The notes beneath the pieces were generated by a model. That model was not told the DNA's origin. It saw only the letters and a program-made list of their open reading frames with translations, and did not search any database. 64,000 bases of DNA from a virus. The position numbers were made by a program, and so were the translations under genes. Where the stretch lies: IMG/VR virus record IMGVR_UViG_3300013111_000325, positions 52,898-116,897 of that record; one strand, given 5' to 3'. The first letter of the stretch is position 1; each line of letters opens with the position of its first letter. Of the stretch, positions 10,983 to 20,959 are shown in pieces.

Positions 10983-11921
10983 GTGGATAAAAAAATGATT
11001 TTATTATCTGGTAATTCTAATAAACTGCTTGCAAGTCACATATCAAATCATGCAGGCATTGCATTAGGTGAAATGAAATTGACACGATTTGCTGATGGTG
11101 AAATCTTTTGTGAAATACATCAGAACATTCGTGGTGAAGATGTCTTTATTATACAAAGCACTTGCAACCCTGCAAACGACAATCTCATGGAATTATTGAT
11201 TGTCATTGATGCATGTAAACGTGCGAGTGCCGGTCGCATTACGGCTGTTATGCCTTATTATGGTTACGCTAGACAAGATAGAAAACCCTCCGCTAGAACA
11301 CCAATTTCCGCAAAATTAGTAGCAGATATGATACAAGCATCTGGTGCTGACAGAGTATTGACTATGGATTTACATGCTGGTCAAATACAAGGATTCTTTA
11401 ACATTCCTGTAGATGACTTGAGGTCTAAATCATTATTCGTCAAAGACCTAAAGAAAAAACCAATGGTGAGTAATGGAAATGCACTTATTGTATCACCTGA
11501 TGCAGGTGGTGTCAGACGAGCAAGGACTATCGCAAAAGAACTTAATCTGGACATTGCTATCGTAGATAAACGCAGAGACAAAGCGAATGAAAGCGAAGCA
11601 ATGAACGTAATCGGTAAAGTCAAAGGAAAGCAATGTATAATAGTAGACGATATAGTGGATACAGGAGGAACATTTGTCAAGGCGGCAGATGCTCTTTTGG
11701 CCAATGGAGCAGAAGAAGTGCAAGCGTATATAACGCATGGCGTATTAAGCAACGGAGGGATGAAGACTATCAACAAATCCAACATGAGTGGGCTGACCAT
11801 CACTGATTCAATTCCACAATATGATAATCAAAAGGTCAAAGTGCTATCTGTAAGCAAACTATTTGCAGAAGCAATACGCAGAGTGCATCATGACGAATCC
11901 ATATCGGTATTATTCTCATGA
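10983..11921 (+). CDS. prs: ribose-phosphate pyrophosphokinase
   Basis: FADGE, PYYGYARQDRK, DLHAGQIQGFF, VSPDAGG and DDIVDTGGT. Confidence 0.96.
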   Translation: MDKKMILLSGNSNKLLASHISNHAGIALGEMKLTRFADGEIFCEIHQNIRGEDVFIIQSTCNPANDNLMELLIVIDACKRASAGRITAVMPYYGYARQDRKPSARTPISAKLVADMIQASGADRVLTMDLHAGQIQGFFNIPVDDLRSKSLFVKDLKKKPMVSNGNALIVSPDAGGVRRARTIAKELNLDIAIVDKRRDKANESEAMNVIGKVKGKQCIIVDDIVDTGGTFVKAADALLANGAEEVQAYITHGVLSNGGMKTINKSNMSGLTITDSIPQYDNQKVKVLSVSKLFAEAIRRVHHDESISVLFS

Positions 11922-12003
11922 CACTCTCAATGTTTCTATTTCATTCATTGTGTATCTATGGTGTATATTATATAATTGCAACATGGGATAGTTATGGAAT
12001 GTT

Positions 12004-12363
12004 ATGATAATAATTCTTTTAACTTTTTTAGTATGGTTTACATTTATTTACATAATATACTCTGCAACAGGTTTTCAACGTGTACGAGAGGTGTACGCAA
12101 TGTGGATAGATAAACAATATTGGAAAAAGAGATACAATATCGTAGAGGCTATGGCCTGGAGTGGTAAATTACTAGTTATATTGCCTGCGATATTTTTTAG
12201 TTATGAAGTATGGTGGGCACATATAATTACATTATTTACATCTGGACTTTTAATTTGGGTTAGTGAACAAAAATTATTACCTACACTTTTAGCGTTCAAT
12301 ACTTTATGGATAGGTATAAGTTCGTTTATATTGGTTAGACATTTTTCAACCATTATAAGATAG
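12004..12363 (+). CDS. membrane protein
   Basis: Several hydrophobic segments. Confidence 0.6.
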   Translation: MIIILLTFLVWFTFIYIIYSATGFQRVREVYAMWIDKQYWKKRYNIVEAMAWSGKLLVILPAIFFSYEVWWAHIITLFTSGLLIWVSEQKLLPTLLAFNTLWIGISSFILVRHFSTIIR

Positions 12364-12716
12364 TTATGGAATGCTCTGAAATTAATTGTAAAAATATAGG
12401 AACTATTAACGTGGATAATATTTGGATGCTTTGTTCAAAATGTCATAATAAATGGATTAATCCTGATCAAGAAGGTATAGTTTTGCCTCATCCTACAAGT
12501 ACATTTGAGCATAAAGAAAATAATAGTGGCGAAGTATTCATGTTTGGACCAGATGCAATGTAATGGGATAGGGCACAATGAATTATACAAAATGGGATTT
12601 GACGGGGCTTCTATTGCTTTATTAAGAAGATTAACTCCTGAACAATTTCAAAAATTATTTGAAATTTTACAGAAATTTCAAGATGAGAGAGATAAATCAA
12701 GTGAACAAGGATTACC

Positions 12717-13157
12717 ATGAACGATTTTCATGTAAGAAAAAACTATTTGTTTGTAGAAGAAGATTTTGTAAGTCACTCAGGTGATGTGTTACACTGGAAA
12801 ATAGAATGTGATGCTATAACTTCACCTGAATGGAAATGTCTTGCGAGAATGATTATGGAATATGAGAAAAGACCTTTTTGTGCCGCTATAGGAATACCGA
12901 GAGGTGGTCTGGAACTCAGTAGATGGTTAAACGAATATTCAACTCAAAATTCTGATGATCCATATCTTATTTGTGACGATGTACTGACAACTGGTGGTTC
13001 TTTTGATGATTTTGTTGATGAAAATTTTAAAGGTGAAGAATATTTTGGATGGTGTATATTTGCAAGAAATAAACCAAAACAAGATTGGGTAAATGCGTTG
13101 TTTCAAATGCCAAAAACATGGGCAGACAATCCTAATAATCTAGAATATCATAAATAA
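12717..13157 (+). CDS. phosphoribosyltransferase (orotate PRTase-like)
   Basis: FVSHSG, GIPRGG and ICDDVLTTGGS. Confidence 0.8.
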   Translation: MNDFHVRKNYLFVEEDFVSHSGDVLHWKIECDAITSPEWKCLARMIMEYEKRPFCAAIGIPRGGLELSRWLNEYSTQNSDDPYLICDDVLTTGGSFDDFVDENFKGEEYFGWCIFARNKPKQDWVNALFQMPKTWADNPNNLEYHK

Positions 13158-13372
13158 TTTTTTTAATGAATTAATATTAAATAAGCAACATAAACATTAA
13201 GGATTAATAATGCTACTTCAAACATAGTTCTCTTCTCTTATAATTAATCTTGTGATTCCAATACCTCTGTATTTATAATAAGAGAAATTTCAAAATGGAT
13301 ATATACTATGTAAAATAAATATTACGAAACTCTCCATGGACGGAAATTCAACAACAATTACAAAGGTGATAT

Positions 13373-13717
13373 ATGGAAGAGATATTTAACTCTATGAATT
13401 TAATCATGATTGGAATAATACTTTTCTCATCTTTTTGGATCTTTTTATTTAACTACCGTCAAGACCATAAAGAAAAATATAAAGGGAATATACCTCTCAT
13501 CCTTTTCGATCTATTAATCAATCTGGGAATGTCAGTCTCAGGATTTCTATTAATTTTAGTAGTCTTTAATAATGTGCCTCAAGCACAAGCATATGATTCC
13601 TACAAATATCCTGTAGGATTCTTATTTGGTCTGACCTCAAATGTGAGTATTCCAATCGTACTTAAATGGTTTTCACAACAAATAACGGCTAAATTATCCG
13701 AGGTAGGCAAAAAGTAA
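13373..13717 (+). CDS. three-TM membrane protein
   Basis: Three hydrophobic helices; AGGTG RBS. Confidence 0.65.
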   Translation: MEEIFNSMNLIMIGIILFSSFWIFLFNYRQDHKEKYKGNIPLILFDLLINLGMSVSGFLLILVVFNNVPQAQAYDSYKYPVGFLFGLTSNVSIPIVLKWFSQQITAKLSEVGKK

Positions 13718-13744
13718 ATAATTAATTGAATAAGGGGTTTGTCA

Positions 13745-14206
13745 ATGGCTGAGCAAAAAACCAAAAAGCCAGAAGGTGTTGGTCAAGAAATAGAAACCGA
13801 AGGAGGAGAGGTTAGATTTGAACCTGTCAAAAAGATTGAAGAAGATACTTTTGATGCAGTAAAAAGTCTTAAAACCTTTATCTTCATAACAATAGGATTG
13901 CTAGTTTATTTGTTATTTCTAGTCATTCCTGGAATTGAAGAAAAGGTTGAATGGATTGAAAAGGATCTTACTTCGGTCTTGGTAACAAGCGAAAGATATA
14001 AGGCGGCAACGAGAGTATTTGCAAAAGGTAATGAATGCTCTACATGTCACCTTGAACCAGATTATCTCATATCTGGGCTCCAAGCGACTTATCCAAGTTT
14101 TGCTGATCTTAAAGCATTCATGACAATAGGTCATCAAAAATACTACACAATGGCAACACCCATGCCAGATGAAGAACTCATGAACATTTACAGGGTCCTC
14201 AAGTGA
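13745..14206 (+). CDS. membrane-anchored c-type cytochrome-like protein
   Basis: One TM helix, then CSTCH (CxxCH) and a distal MP. Confidence 0.7.
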   Translation: MAEQKTKKPEGVGQEIETEGGEVRFEPVKKIEEDTFDAVKSLKTFIFITIGLLVYLLFLVIPGIEEKVEWIEKDLTSVLVTSERYKAATRVFAKGNECSTCHLEPDYLISGLQATYPSFADLKAFMTIGHQKYYTMATPMPDEELMNIYRVLK

Positions 14207-15678
14207 AGATTAAAATCTTTTTCGCTATGCTCACAATGTTTTGGATTCTTGGTATATCGCAAGGATATGTGCTCCAAGGGTCTGAAATGATTGAGATTGA
14301 AGCACAATTTACCATAAGAAATCGTCTTGATATTGATGCCATGATGAAACTCGCAGGTTATACTGAACGAGGTGATTTTCTTATGGAAATGGAAAATGTA
14401 ACAGGTGATCGTGATTGGGATCGTAATGTAGATAAAGGTGATACATTTGTCTTACCTTCTATGCACAAACCAGAACGACAATTCAATGAGGGTATCAATT
14501 ATAAAGAGATGATGTCACTCAATACTCCACCAGATAATGATACAGAAGAAGTTGAAGTCAATTCAATCATAAAAAAAGACGAATTAGATGCACTCAAAAA
14601 AGAATTAGAACGACTTAAACAAGTAGAGCAACAACATAAACAAAAGCATATGAGTGATATGTATGTTGTAGGTTCGGAATATAAACCTGGGTTTGGTGAT
14701 ACAGTCAAACGAATAAAAGAAAGAGGATATGTTGTGTGCGGAACATATGCTGATACACCAGGATTTAGCGAAGAATTTCTTAAAAGAAGTGACGGGGAAC
14801 CGCCAGGTTGGGTTGGATTTGATGTAGATATTTGTAGAGCATTTGCAGTAGCATTATTTCTTGATAAAACAAAGATAGAGTTTATTCCAATCAATGGTAG
14901 AACACGCTTTGAGAGATTGTTTGATGGCTCAATTGACATTTTATCTGCTACAACAACATGGACTTTTTCAAGAGATGTAGACTGGAGAATAGAGTTTTTA
15001 CCTACTGTATTCTTTGATGGACAGGGTTTCATAGTAAGAAAAAATCTTGGTGTCAAGAGTGCAAAAGATATGATGAATGCAAGAGTTTGTTTCAATACCG
15101 GTTCTACCGCCGCACAAAACATTAAAGATTTCTTTAATAAGTGGCAGATTAATTTTATACCGGTACCAGTACCACCATCAGATAGTCCAAAAGTTTATTA
15201 TCTTGATAATGATTGTGACATGTACGGTACAGATATGTCAGCATTAGCAGGGCACAAAGCACGATTTCAGTATCCAGAACGTCATGTTATATTACCAGAA
15301 ATTATATCAAAGGAACCTCTTGGACCAGCAGTAAAATATGGAGATCAATTATGGTCTGATATAGTAAGATGGACAGTCAATGTAATATTTTTAGCGGAGG
15401 AGTTGGGAATTACGTCACAGAATATAGAAGATTATATGGAGAATATTGATCCTGTGATACAACGATTTATGGGTGAGCGTAATGGAGGAGATTCACAAAA
15501 TTTAGGTTCCAAGTTAGGATTAAATGCTAATTGGAGTATAGAAATTATAAGACAGATTGGTAATTATGAAGAAATATATGAAAAACATGTTGGACCTAAC
15601 ACCGATTTAGGTCTCACGAGAGGATTAAACAAACTCTACACTGATGGAGGTTTGTTGTATGCACCCCCTCTAAAATAG
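14203..15678 (+). CDS. AapJ/BztA-type amino-acid ABC transporter substrate-binding protein with N-terminal extension
   Basis: Signal peptide; GFDVDICRA, TTWTFSRD, FFDGQGF, ISKEPLGP, IGNYEEIY and GGLLYAPP. Confidence 0.88.
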   Translation: MKIKIFFAMLTMFWILGISQGYVLQGSEMIEIEAQFTIRNRLDIDAMMKLAGYTERGDFLMEMENVTGDRDWDRNVDKGDTFVLPSMHKPERQFNEGINYKEMMSLNTPPDNDTEEVEVNSIIKKDELDALKKELERLKQVEQQHKQKHMSDMYVVGSEYKPGFGDTVKRIKERGYVVCGTYADTPGFSEEFLKRSDGEPPGWVGFDVDICRAFAVALFLDKTKIEFIPINGRTRFERLFDGSIDILSATTTWTFSRDVDWRIEFLPTVFFDGQGFIVRKNLGVKSAKDMMNARVCFNTGSTAAQNIKDFFNKWQINFIPVPVPPSDSPKVYYLDNDCDMYGTDMSALAGHKARFQYPERHVILPEIISKEPLGPAVKYGDQLWSDIVRWTVNVIFLAEELGITSQNIEDYMENIDPVIQRFMGERNGGDSQNLGSKLGLNANWSIEIIRQIGNYEEIYEKHVGPNTDLGLTRGLNKLYTDGGLLYAPPLK

Positions 15679-15936
15679 ATCCCACCTAAATAATTTCATG
15701 AGAACAGAAGAGCAGATTAGAAGAGAAATTCAAATATTAAAAGATGTTCCATCCTTAATTGAGTTATCGAAGAAAATTTATGATGTTTTACCTGAAACTC
15801 ACAAAGGGCGAAATGAGATTGTAAAACAGGTCACACGTTTACGTAAAGATTTAATACGTTTAGATGTTCTTTGTCAAGATATTGAATGGGGTTTACTTCA
15901 GCGAGAGGTGCGTGAAAAATATAGAAATAAAGAACC

Positions 15937-16218
15937 ATGAGTATAAATTATATCATTAATCGGTATTGGAAGGATTGGGCGGGGATTTTGTATCTTTTTC
16001 TATGCTTCACCGATTTCTTTGTCGCACCATTAATGTGGAACATGAGGATGGAAACTTATTGTCACAAAATGGTTGACAAAGGTTTAGTGTGTGATGCTAC
16101 ACGATGGGAACCGTTGACATTACAGATGGGTGGTATGTTTCACATAGCATTTGCAGGCATACTCGGAGTCGCAACTTGGAAGAAGAAAGAAGAGAATGAA
16201 ACTTCTTGGAAAGATTAA
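15937..16218 (+). CDS. holin-like membrane protein (GTA 3TM holin-like)
   Basis: W…A..Y…C..DF…P…WEPLTLQ.GG.FH.AF..ILG pattern. Confidence 0.55.
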   Translation: MSINYIINRYWKDWAGILYLFLCFTDFFVAPLMWNMRMETYCHKMVDKGLVCDATRWEPLTLQMGGMFHIAFAGILGVATWKKKEENETSWKD

Positions 16219-16924
16219 CCTAGTATTCATATTATTCATTTTTACATCCTGTCTATCAACTAATCAATTTTTAAATATGGGCGGAGCAAACGGTACAAAA
16301 GAAAATCTACCAGTAGGCATAGATGTTCTTGTTGAGATGGCAGATTATTGTGAGAAAATCTACGATGACGGCAAGGAGATACAAGATAATGAATTCTCAT
16401 ATAATGTGGTTCAAGATCGTGGTGTCACTATTGTTATCATACGTGGTACTAATAACGGTAGAAATGTTCTCTCAGATCTTGACGCCAGACCCTTTCAAGA
16501 CAAAAAACTATCGGCAGGAATTCATAAAGGATTCCGAGATGCCGCTGAAAAAATCAAAGAAGATTTGATAGAGAATCATGCCATTGAAGAGATGGTCATA
16601 TTCACAGGTCACTCTCTTGGAGGTGCAGTAGCACAAATACTGGGGTTGTGGTTTGAGAATGATGCATACGAAGTACAGATATACACCTTTGGTTCACCTT
16701 CAGTAATCATGGAACAATTATGGATGGATGGGCATTTCAGAGTTTATCTAGAAAACGATCCTGTTCCTTTTCTCCCACCTTACCCATATGTTCATTGGGG
16801 TATCAGAATAAATGCAGAAACACTTGATTGGGATGAAGATCATCCAATTGGCGATGTTACAAAAATTGATGCGAGGGATCATTCAATAAAAGAGTATAAG
16901 AAAGTGTTAAAAAGACATTTATGA
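16196..16924 (+). CDS. class 3 lipase, probable lipoprotein
   Basis: IRGT, IHKGF, GHSLGG, YTFGSP and DPVP; lipobox-like FTSC. Confidence 0.88.
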   Translation: MKLLGKINLVFILFIFTSCLSTNQFLNMGGANGTKENLPVGIDVLVEMADYCEKIYDDGKEIQDNEFSYNVVQDRGVTIVIIRGTNNGRNVLSDLDARPFQDKKLSAGIHKGFRDAAEKIKEDLIENHAIEEMVIFTGHSLGGAVAQILGLWFENDAYEVQIYTFGSPSVIMEQLWMDGHFRVYLENDPVPFLPPYPYVHWGIRINAETLDWDEDHPIGDVTKIDARDHSIKEYKKVLKRHL

Positions 16925-17391
16925 TGCTAAAAGAAGCAACTCATGTACAGGAAGTGGGTAAGATTATTGAAACTGATCCTGTAAGAAGGAATATCGTACC
17001 TGCTTTAAGAATAAAAAATGGTGCGAGAGTATTTTATTATGGTGAACCAGAGAATTTGATAGCCGCCGTTTGTATGCATACGTCAAGAATAATACCAGAC
17101 AGTGAGGAACAATTGCTCACGGAATATCATTGGGGTGGTGCATGTAAGGGAGGAAACAAAGCAATATTTTATAGTCTTTGGTCACATGTAAATGGTATGG
17201 GCAGACAGTTACTAAATATTTCATTGGCCCAATTGGTATTAGAAAATAAACACGAGAGATATATAACACTCTCACCTAAAACAGAAATGGCTAAAAAGTT
17301 TCACGAAAGCAACGGAGCCAAACTTATTCATGAATCATTGTGGGCTTATAACTTTGAGTATTTCATAAGACACGGAAACGAAGATGAATAA
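16921..17391 (+). CDS. GNAT-like conserved phage protein
   Basis: FYSLWS..NGMGRQL and TLSPKTEMAKKFH..NGA. Confidence 0.5.
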   Translation: MMLKEATHVQEVGKIIETDPVRRNIVPALRIKNGARVFYYGEPENLIAAVCMHTSRIIPDSEEQLLTEYHWGGACKGGNKAIFYSLWSHVNGMGRQLLNISLAQLVLENKHERYITLSPKTEMAKKFHESNGAKLIHESLWAYNFEYFIRHGNEDE

Positions 17392-17974
17392 ATGGGACCT
17401 TTCAAATTTTGATAACAAAGAGGATGCACATGTAGGGTTTCAACAAGTACCAGAGAATAGAACGGCAGTTGATAATATATTGCGATTGAATTATAACAAT
17501 CAATTGCGTTTAACATTGATGGCTGACACCAAAGCAAATATCATGATTACAGTTAGTTCAATTGTGTTTTCTATTACAGTTGCAAATATTACAAACGAAA
17601 TGTTATTATATCCTCTCATGGCATTGGGTATTTGTTCAGTTGTGGCACTGGTTTGTGCTATCATAGTGATTATGCCAAAGATTGACTATCCAAAAACAAA
17701 GACAGGTAAAATAGATAAGTCTTCACCATTCTATAATCCATTATTCTTTGGGCATTTTGCTCACATATCAATACGAGAGTATAAAGAAGAATATGCTAAA
17801 CGATTGATGACAGATGCACAAATTATGGATGCATTGACAGGTGACATATATGGTATAGGTAGAGTAATTGCAACGAATAAATTTAAGTATTTGCGTTATA
17901 GTTACATGACATTTCTTGTGGGAATATCATTAGCAATAAGTATATTTACATTCCAAATTATATTCGTTTCATAA
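17384..17974 (+). CDS. Pycsar TM-effector family protein (DUF5706/PycTM-like)
   Basis: L..MADTKANIMI, TM pair, NPLFFGHF and G.V…KFKYLRYSY..F. Confidence 0.8.
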   Translation: MNKWDLSNFDNKEDAHVGFQQVPENRTAVDNILRLNYNNQLRLTLMADTKANIMITVSSIVFSITVANITNEMLLYPLMALGICSVVALVCAIIVIMPKIDYPKTKTGKIDKSSPFYNPLFFGHFAHISIREYKEEYAKRLMTDAQIMDALTGDIYGIGRVIATNKFKYLRYSYMTFLVGISLAISIFTFQIIFVS

Positions 17975-18257
17975 ATAGAGATATTAACCACAATGATTGA
18001 AAGGAAAAAATGTCAAGAAGTGAAATTAAGGATTGGATTGTAATGTCATTAAGTGTAGGAACAATTATTTTGTTGTTCGTAATTACAATCGGTGACTTTA
18101 TGAATGCAATGGAAACAAATAGAGAACCTAGTAAAGACGTAATTAACTTATTATCAATGGCAATAACTGGTATTGTTGGTATTATTGCTGGCTTTATTTC
18201 TGGTAAAAATGCAGCCGATCAGGCAAAGCAACAAGCGGAAGCACAAGGAGCCCAAAA

Positions 18258-19115
18258 GTGAATTTGAAATTATCATTAGTTACTATTTTATTTTGTGGGT
18301 GGATGCTTGGAGCACCACCTGCATTTTCTGCTGATTTTGTCACCAAGGGTGACATAAGAAAATCAAGTGTGAAGTCGTTTAAGTCGTTTTTCACGGAAGA
18401 AAAATGCGATCAAATATTGATTGATACATTCACTATTTGTTATGATCATGAGAGAAAGTCACCAACTGCGGTTTATGTTGAGGTGACTGGACCTACTGTA
18501 ATTGAGGACATAGACAAACGCCCTCCATTCTTTACAGATAAGCGTGTAAAGAAAAACTACAGAACAACATCAAAAGACTATACGAACACAGGTTATGATA
18601 GAGGTCATTTTGGTGCATCAGATGCTTCACACGATTGGAATAAGAAGCATCAGAAAGCAACATATTCAATGGCTAACATCGTACCACAGACACCATTTGC
18701 TAATCGTTATAAGTTCATAGCATTAGAAAAGCATGAACGAGAGATGGCAGTCAAGTATGGTCGTTTAGAAAACGTCACAATTGCATTTTGGAACAACAGA
18801 CCCAAGAGAATTGGTAAGTCACAGTTGCAGGTACCAAGTGCATTTGCTAAACTTTATACTGATGGTAAAGGGTATAAAGAATGCTTCTTTATTTGGAATA
18901 ATGACGTATATGATAAATCAGACGGTCAAGATCCAAACAAATATAAACAAAATTGTGATAAAGTAACTGCAATGTGGGGCACACAAGTAGGTGAAGCAGA
19001 TAAGTGGTCACTGAAAGATAAAGATGCTCTCATTGATTTGCTTGACAAATATATAGAAAGTGAGAAAAATCAATCTAAAGTGGGTCTTGCAGAAGCACTC
19101 AAGAAAGCACTTTAG
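18258..19115 (+). CDS. DNA/RNA non-specific endonuclease (NucA/EndoG family) with signal peptide
   Basis: DY..TGYDRGH and MANIVPQ…N. Confidence 0.9.
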   Translation: MNLKLSLVTILFCGWMLGAPPAFSADFVTKGDIRKSSVKSFKSFFTEEKCDQILIDTFTICYDHERKSPTAVYVEVTGPTVIEDIDKRPPFFTDKRVKKNYRTTSKDYTNTGYDRGHFGASDASHDWNKKHQKATYSMANIVPQTPFANRYKFIALEKHEREMAVKYGRLENVTIAFWNNRPKRIGKSQLQVPSAFAKLYTDGKGYKECFFIWNNDVYDKSDGQDPNKYKQNCDKVTAMWGTQVGEADKWSLKDKDALIDLLDKYIESEKNQSKVGLAEALKKAL

Positions 19116-19140
19116 GCTAACTTGACATTTTAAAAAAGTA

Positions 19141-19485
19141 GTGTATAATATAGATATATCACAAAAAGCAAGTGAAGCAGTAAATGATGCAATCCAAGAA
19201 CATGAGCATCTACGTTTGAGTGCAAGACCTGGTGGATGCTCAGGTTGGAAGTGGAATTTACAGACAGAAGATACACTTGCACGAAACTCATTGGACGAAG
19301 TTTTTAGTACGAATTATGGATTTGAGATAGTGGTATCAAAATACTATCTAAATAATATTATAGGCTCAGCAACCATAGATTTTCAAAATGATAATTTAGT
19401 TGAACAAGGCTTTATAATCAAACGCAAATCAAGTCTTCATTCATGTGGTTGCGGAGAAAGTTTTACACCAATAAAAGATATGTAA
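19141..19485 (+). CDS. Fe-S cluster A-type carrier (IscA/HesB family); start uncertain
   Basis: GGCSG and CGCGESF. Confidence 0.85.
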   Translation: MYNIDISQKASEAVNDAIQEHEHLRLSARPGGCSGWKWNLQTEDTLARNSLDEVFSTNYGFEIVVSKYYLNNIIGSATIDFQNDNLVEQGFIIKRKSSLHSCGCGESFTPIKDM

Positions 19486-19895
19486 TGGCATATTCAGACA
19501 AAGTAGTAGATCACTATGAAAATCCCAGGAATGTGGGTTCTTTTAATCCCGCTAATAATAACGTTGGTACTGGTCTTGTTGGAGCGCCAGAATGTGGTGA
19601 TGTGATGAAACTACAGATACAAGTAGAAAATAATAAAATAATTGATGCTAAATTTAAGACCTTTGGTTGCGGTTCTGCTATAGCCGCTTCATCACTCGCC
19701 ACTGAGTGGGTCAAAAATAAACCAATTGACGAAGCAATGAAACTTAACAACGTAGAAATTGTTGATGAGTTATCCTTACCTCCTGTAAAGATACATTGTA
19801 GTGTATTGGCGGAAGATGCTATTAAAGCGGCCATAGCCGATTATAAAAGCAAAAATGATGGAGTAGAACATGGGGAAAGTAATGCAATCTATTGA
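19485..19895 (+). CDS. iscU: Fe-S scaffold protein IscU
   Basis: MAYSDKVVDHYENPRNVG, GAPECGDVM, FGCGSAIA and LPPVKIHCSVLAED. Confidence 0.96.
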   Translation: MAYSDKVVDHYENPRNVGSFNPANNNVGTGLVGAPECGDVMKLQIQVENNKIIDAKFKTFGCGSAIAASSLATEWVKNKPIDEAMKLNNVEIVDELSLPPVKIHCSVLAEDAIKAAIADYKSKNDGVEHGESNAIY

Positions 19896-20160
19896 GGCTA
19901 GAAAGAAATTAAATTTTGGTGCGAGATTTGTTATCACTCTCATTATAGCACACACCTTTATTTTTCTTATTTGGCTTTTGTTTTATGTTGAATTGCCTCA
20001 AGCATCTCGTGATCTTATTAATATTATGGTTGGTGCTTATGTAGCAGTATTGGCAAAGTCAACCGATTATTGGTTCAAGGAGAAAGATGATCCTGAACAT
20101 AAAGAGACAGAGAAACATTTAGAAAGTGGTGTAGCCCAGGAGGAACAAAGTGGCTATTAG
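19870..20160 (+). CDS. two-TM membrane protein (holin-like)
   Basis: Two TM helices; DLINIMVG…DYWF. Confidence 0.5.
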   Translation: MGKVMQSIEARKKLNFGARFVITLIIAHTFIFLIWLLFYVELPQASRDLINIMVGAYVAVLAKSTDYWFKEKDDPEHKETEKHLESGVAQEEQSGY

Positions 20161-20538
20161 AAAGAACTATTTAAGTACATTTGGATGGGAAGTAAATGAT
20201 GCTTATTATAAAGTCGATGACGATTATCATAAATTACCATTAGACCAGACACCGAAAGATAAAAAAGGGAAACATAAAAACTATTGGGTCTTTACAGTCA
20301 ATGTGTTTAGAAATGAGGATGCAAGAACATTAGGAGCGGTTCCTTTAGCACAAAATGTGATGAAGGTTGAGGTGCCAAATGATGTTGCAACCGATGATGC
20401 AAATGCCATGAAAACTGAATGTTATAACCAATTAAAAGTGCTAACAAATAGTTTTAAGAATGATGGTACTGATGTGTAACTTGACAAACTAATTAGAGTT
20501 TGTTATATTATATTTTTTTAACTTAAACGTGAATTATT

Positions 20539-20763
20539 ATGATTAGTGTAAAAAGTAAAGGTAGAAATAATCTAAAACTCCTCTCTCAATTCAAATCTTT
20601 AGTTAATGCAGAAGGTACTCTTGAGACATATAAATCAAAAAGATATTATGTGAAACCCTCTCTCAAAAAGAAATTGAAGAGAGAAGCGGCAGAGAGACAA
20701 CGAGCAAAAGATCTCATTAATGAAATCAAAGAAATAAGAAAACATTGGGATGATATATTTTAA
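20539..20763 (+). CDS. rpsU: ribosomal protein bS21 homolog
   Basis: L..FK..V..EG.L…K.KRYYVKPS.KKK.KREAA.R; preceded by TTGACA-17-TATATT at 20481. Confidence 0.8.
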   Translation: MISVKSKGRNNLKLLSQFKSLVNAEGTLETYKSKRYYVKPSLKKKLKREAAERQRAKDLINEIKEIRKHWDDIF

Positions 20764-20775
20764 CGAAAGGATATT

Positions 20776-20955
20776 ATGTCAGAATTTCATACTCAAATTG
20801 TTGAGCAATACGAAACCTATCTTGCAGAGCATCAAAATTTTGAAGAGAAAGGTGTAAAAGCATCTGCCGCCAGAGCAAGAAAAGCACTTGGTGAAATCGG
20901 TAAACTTGCTAAATCTCGTAGAGCAGAAATTCAAGAGAAGAAAAACAATATGTAA
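20776..20955 (+). CDS. histone H1-like (Hc1-type) small basic protein (not in ORF track)
   Basis: Own translation: MSEFHTQIVEQYETYLAEHQNFEEKGVKASAARARKALGEIGKLAKSRRAEIQEKKNNM. Confidence 0.7.
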   Translation: MSEFHTQIVEQYETYLAEHQNFEEKGVKASAARARKALGEIGKLAKSRRAEIQEKKNNM

Positions 20956-20959
20956 CATT

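Noticed and set aside
19122-19160. Leaderless non-AUG start for the first IscA, because a TTGACA-16-TATAAT overlaps its GTG start
   Set aside because: It cannot be resolved from sequence; read-through from upstream using the GTG explains the gene equally well.
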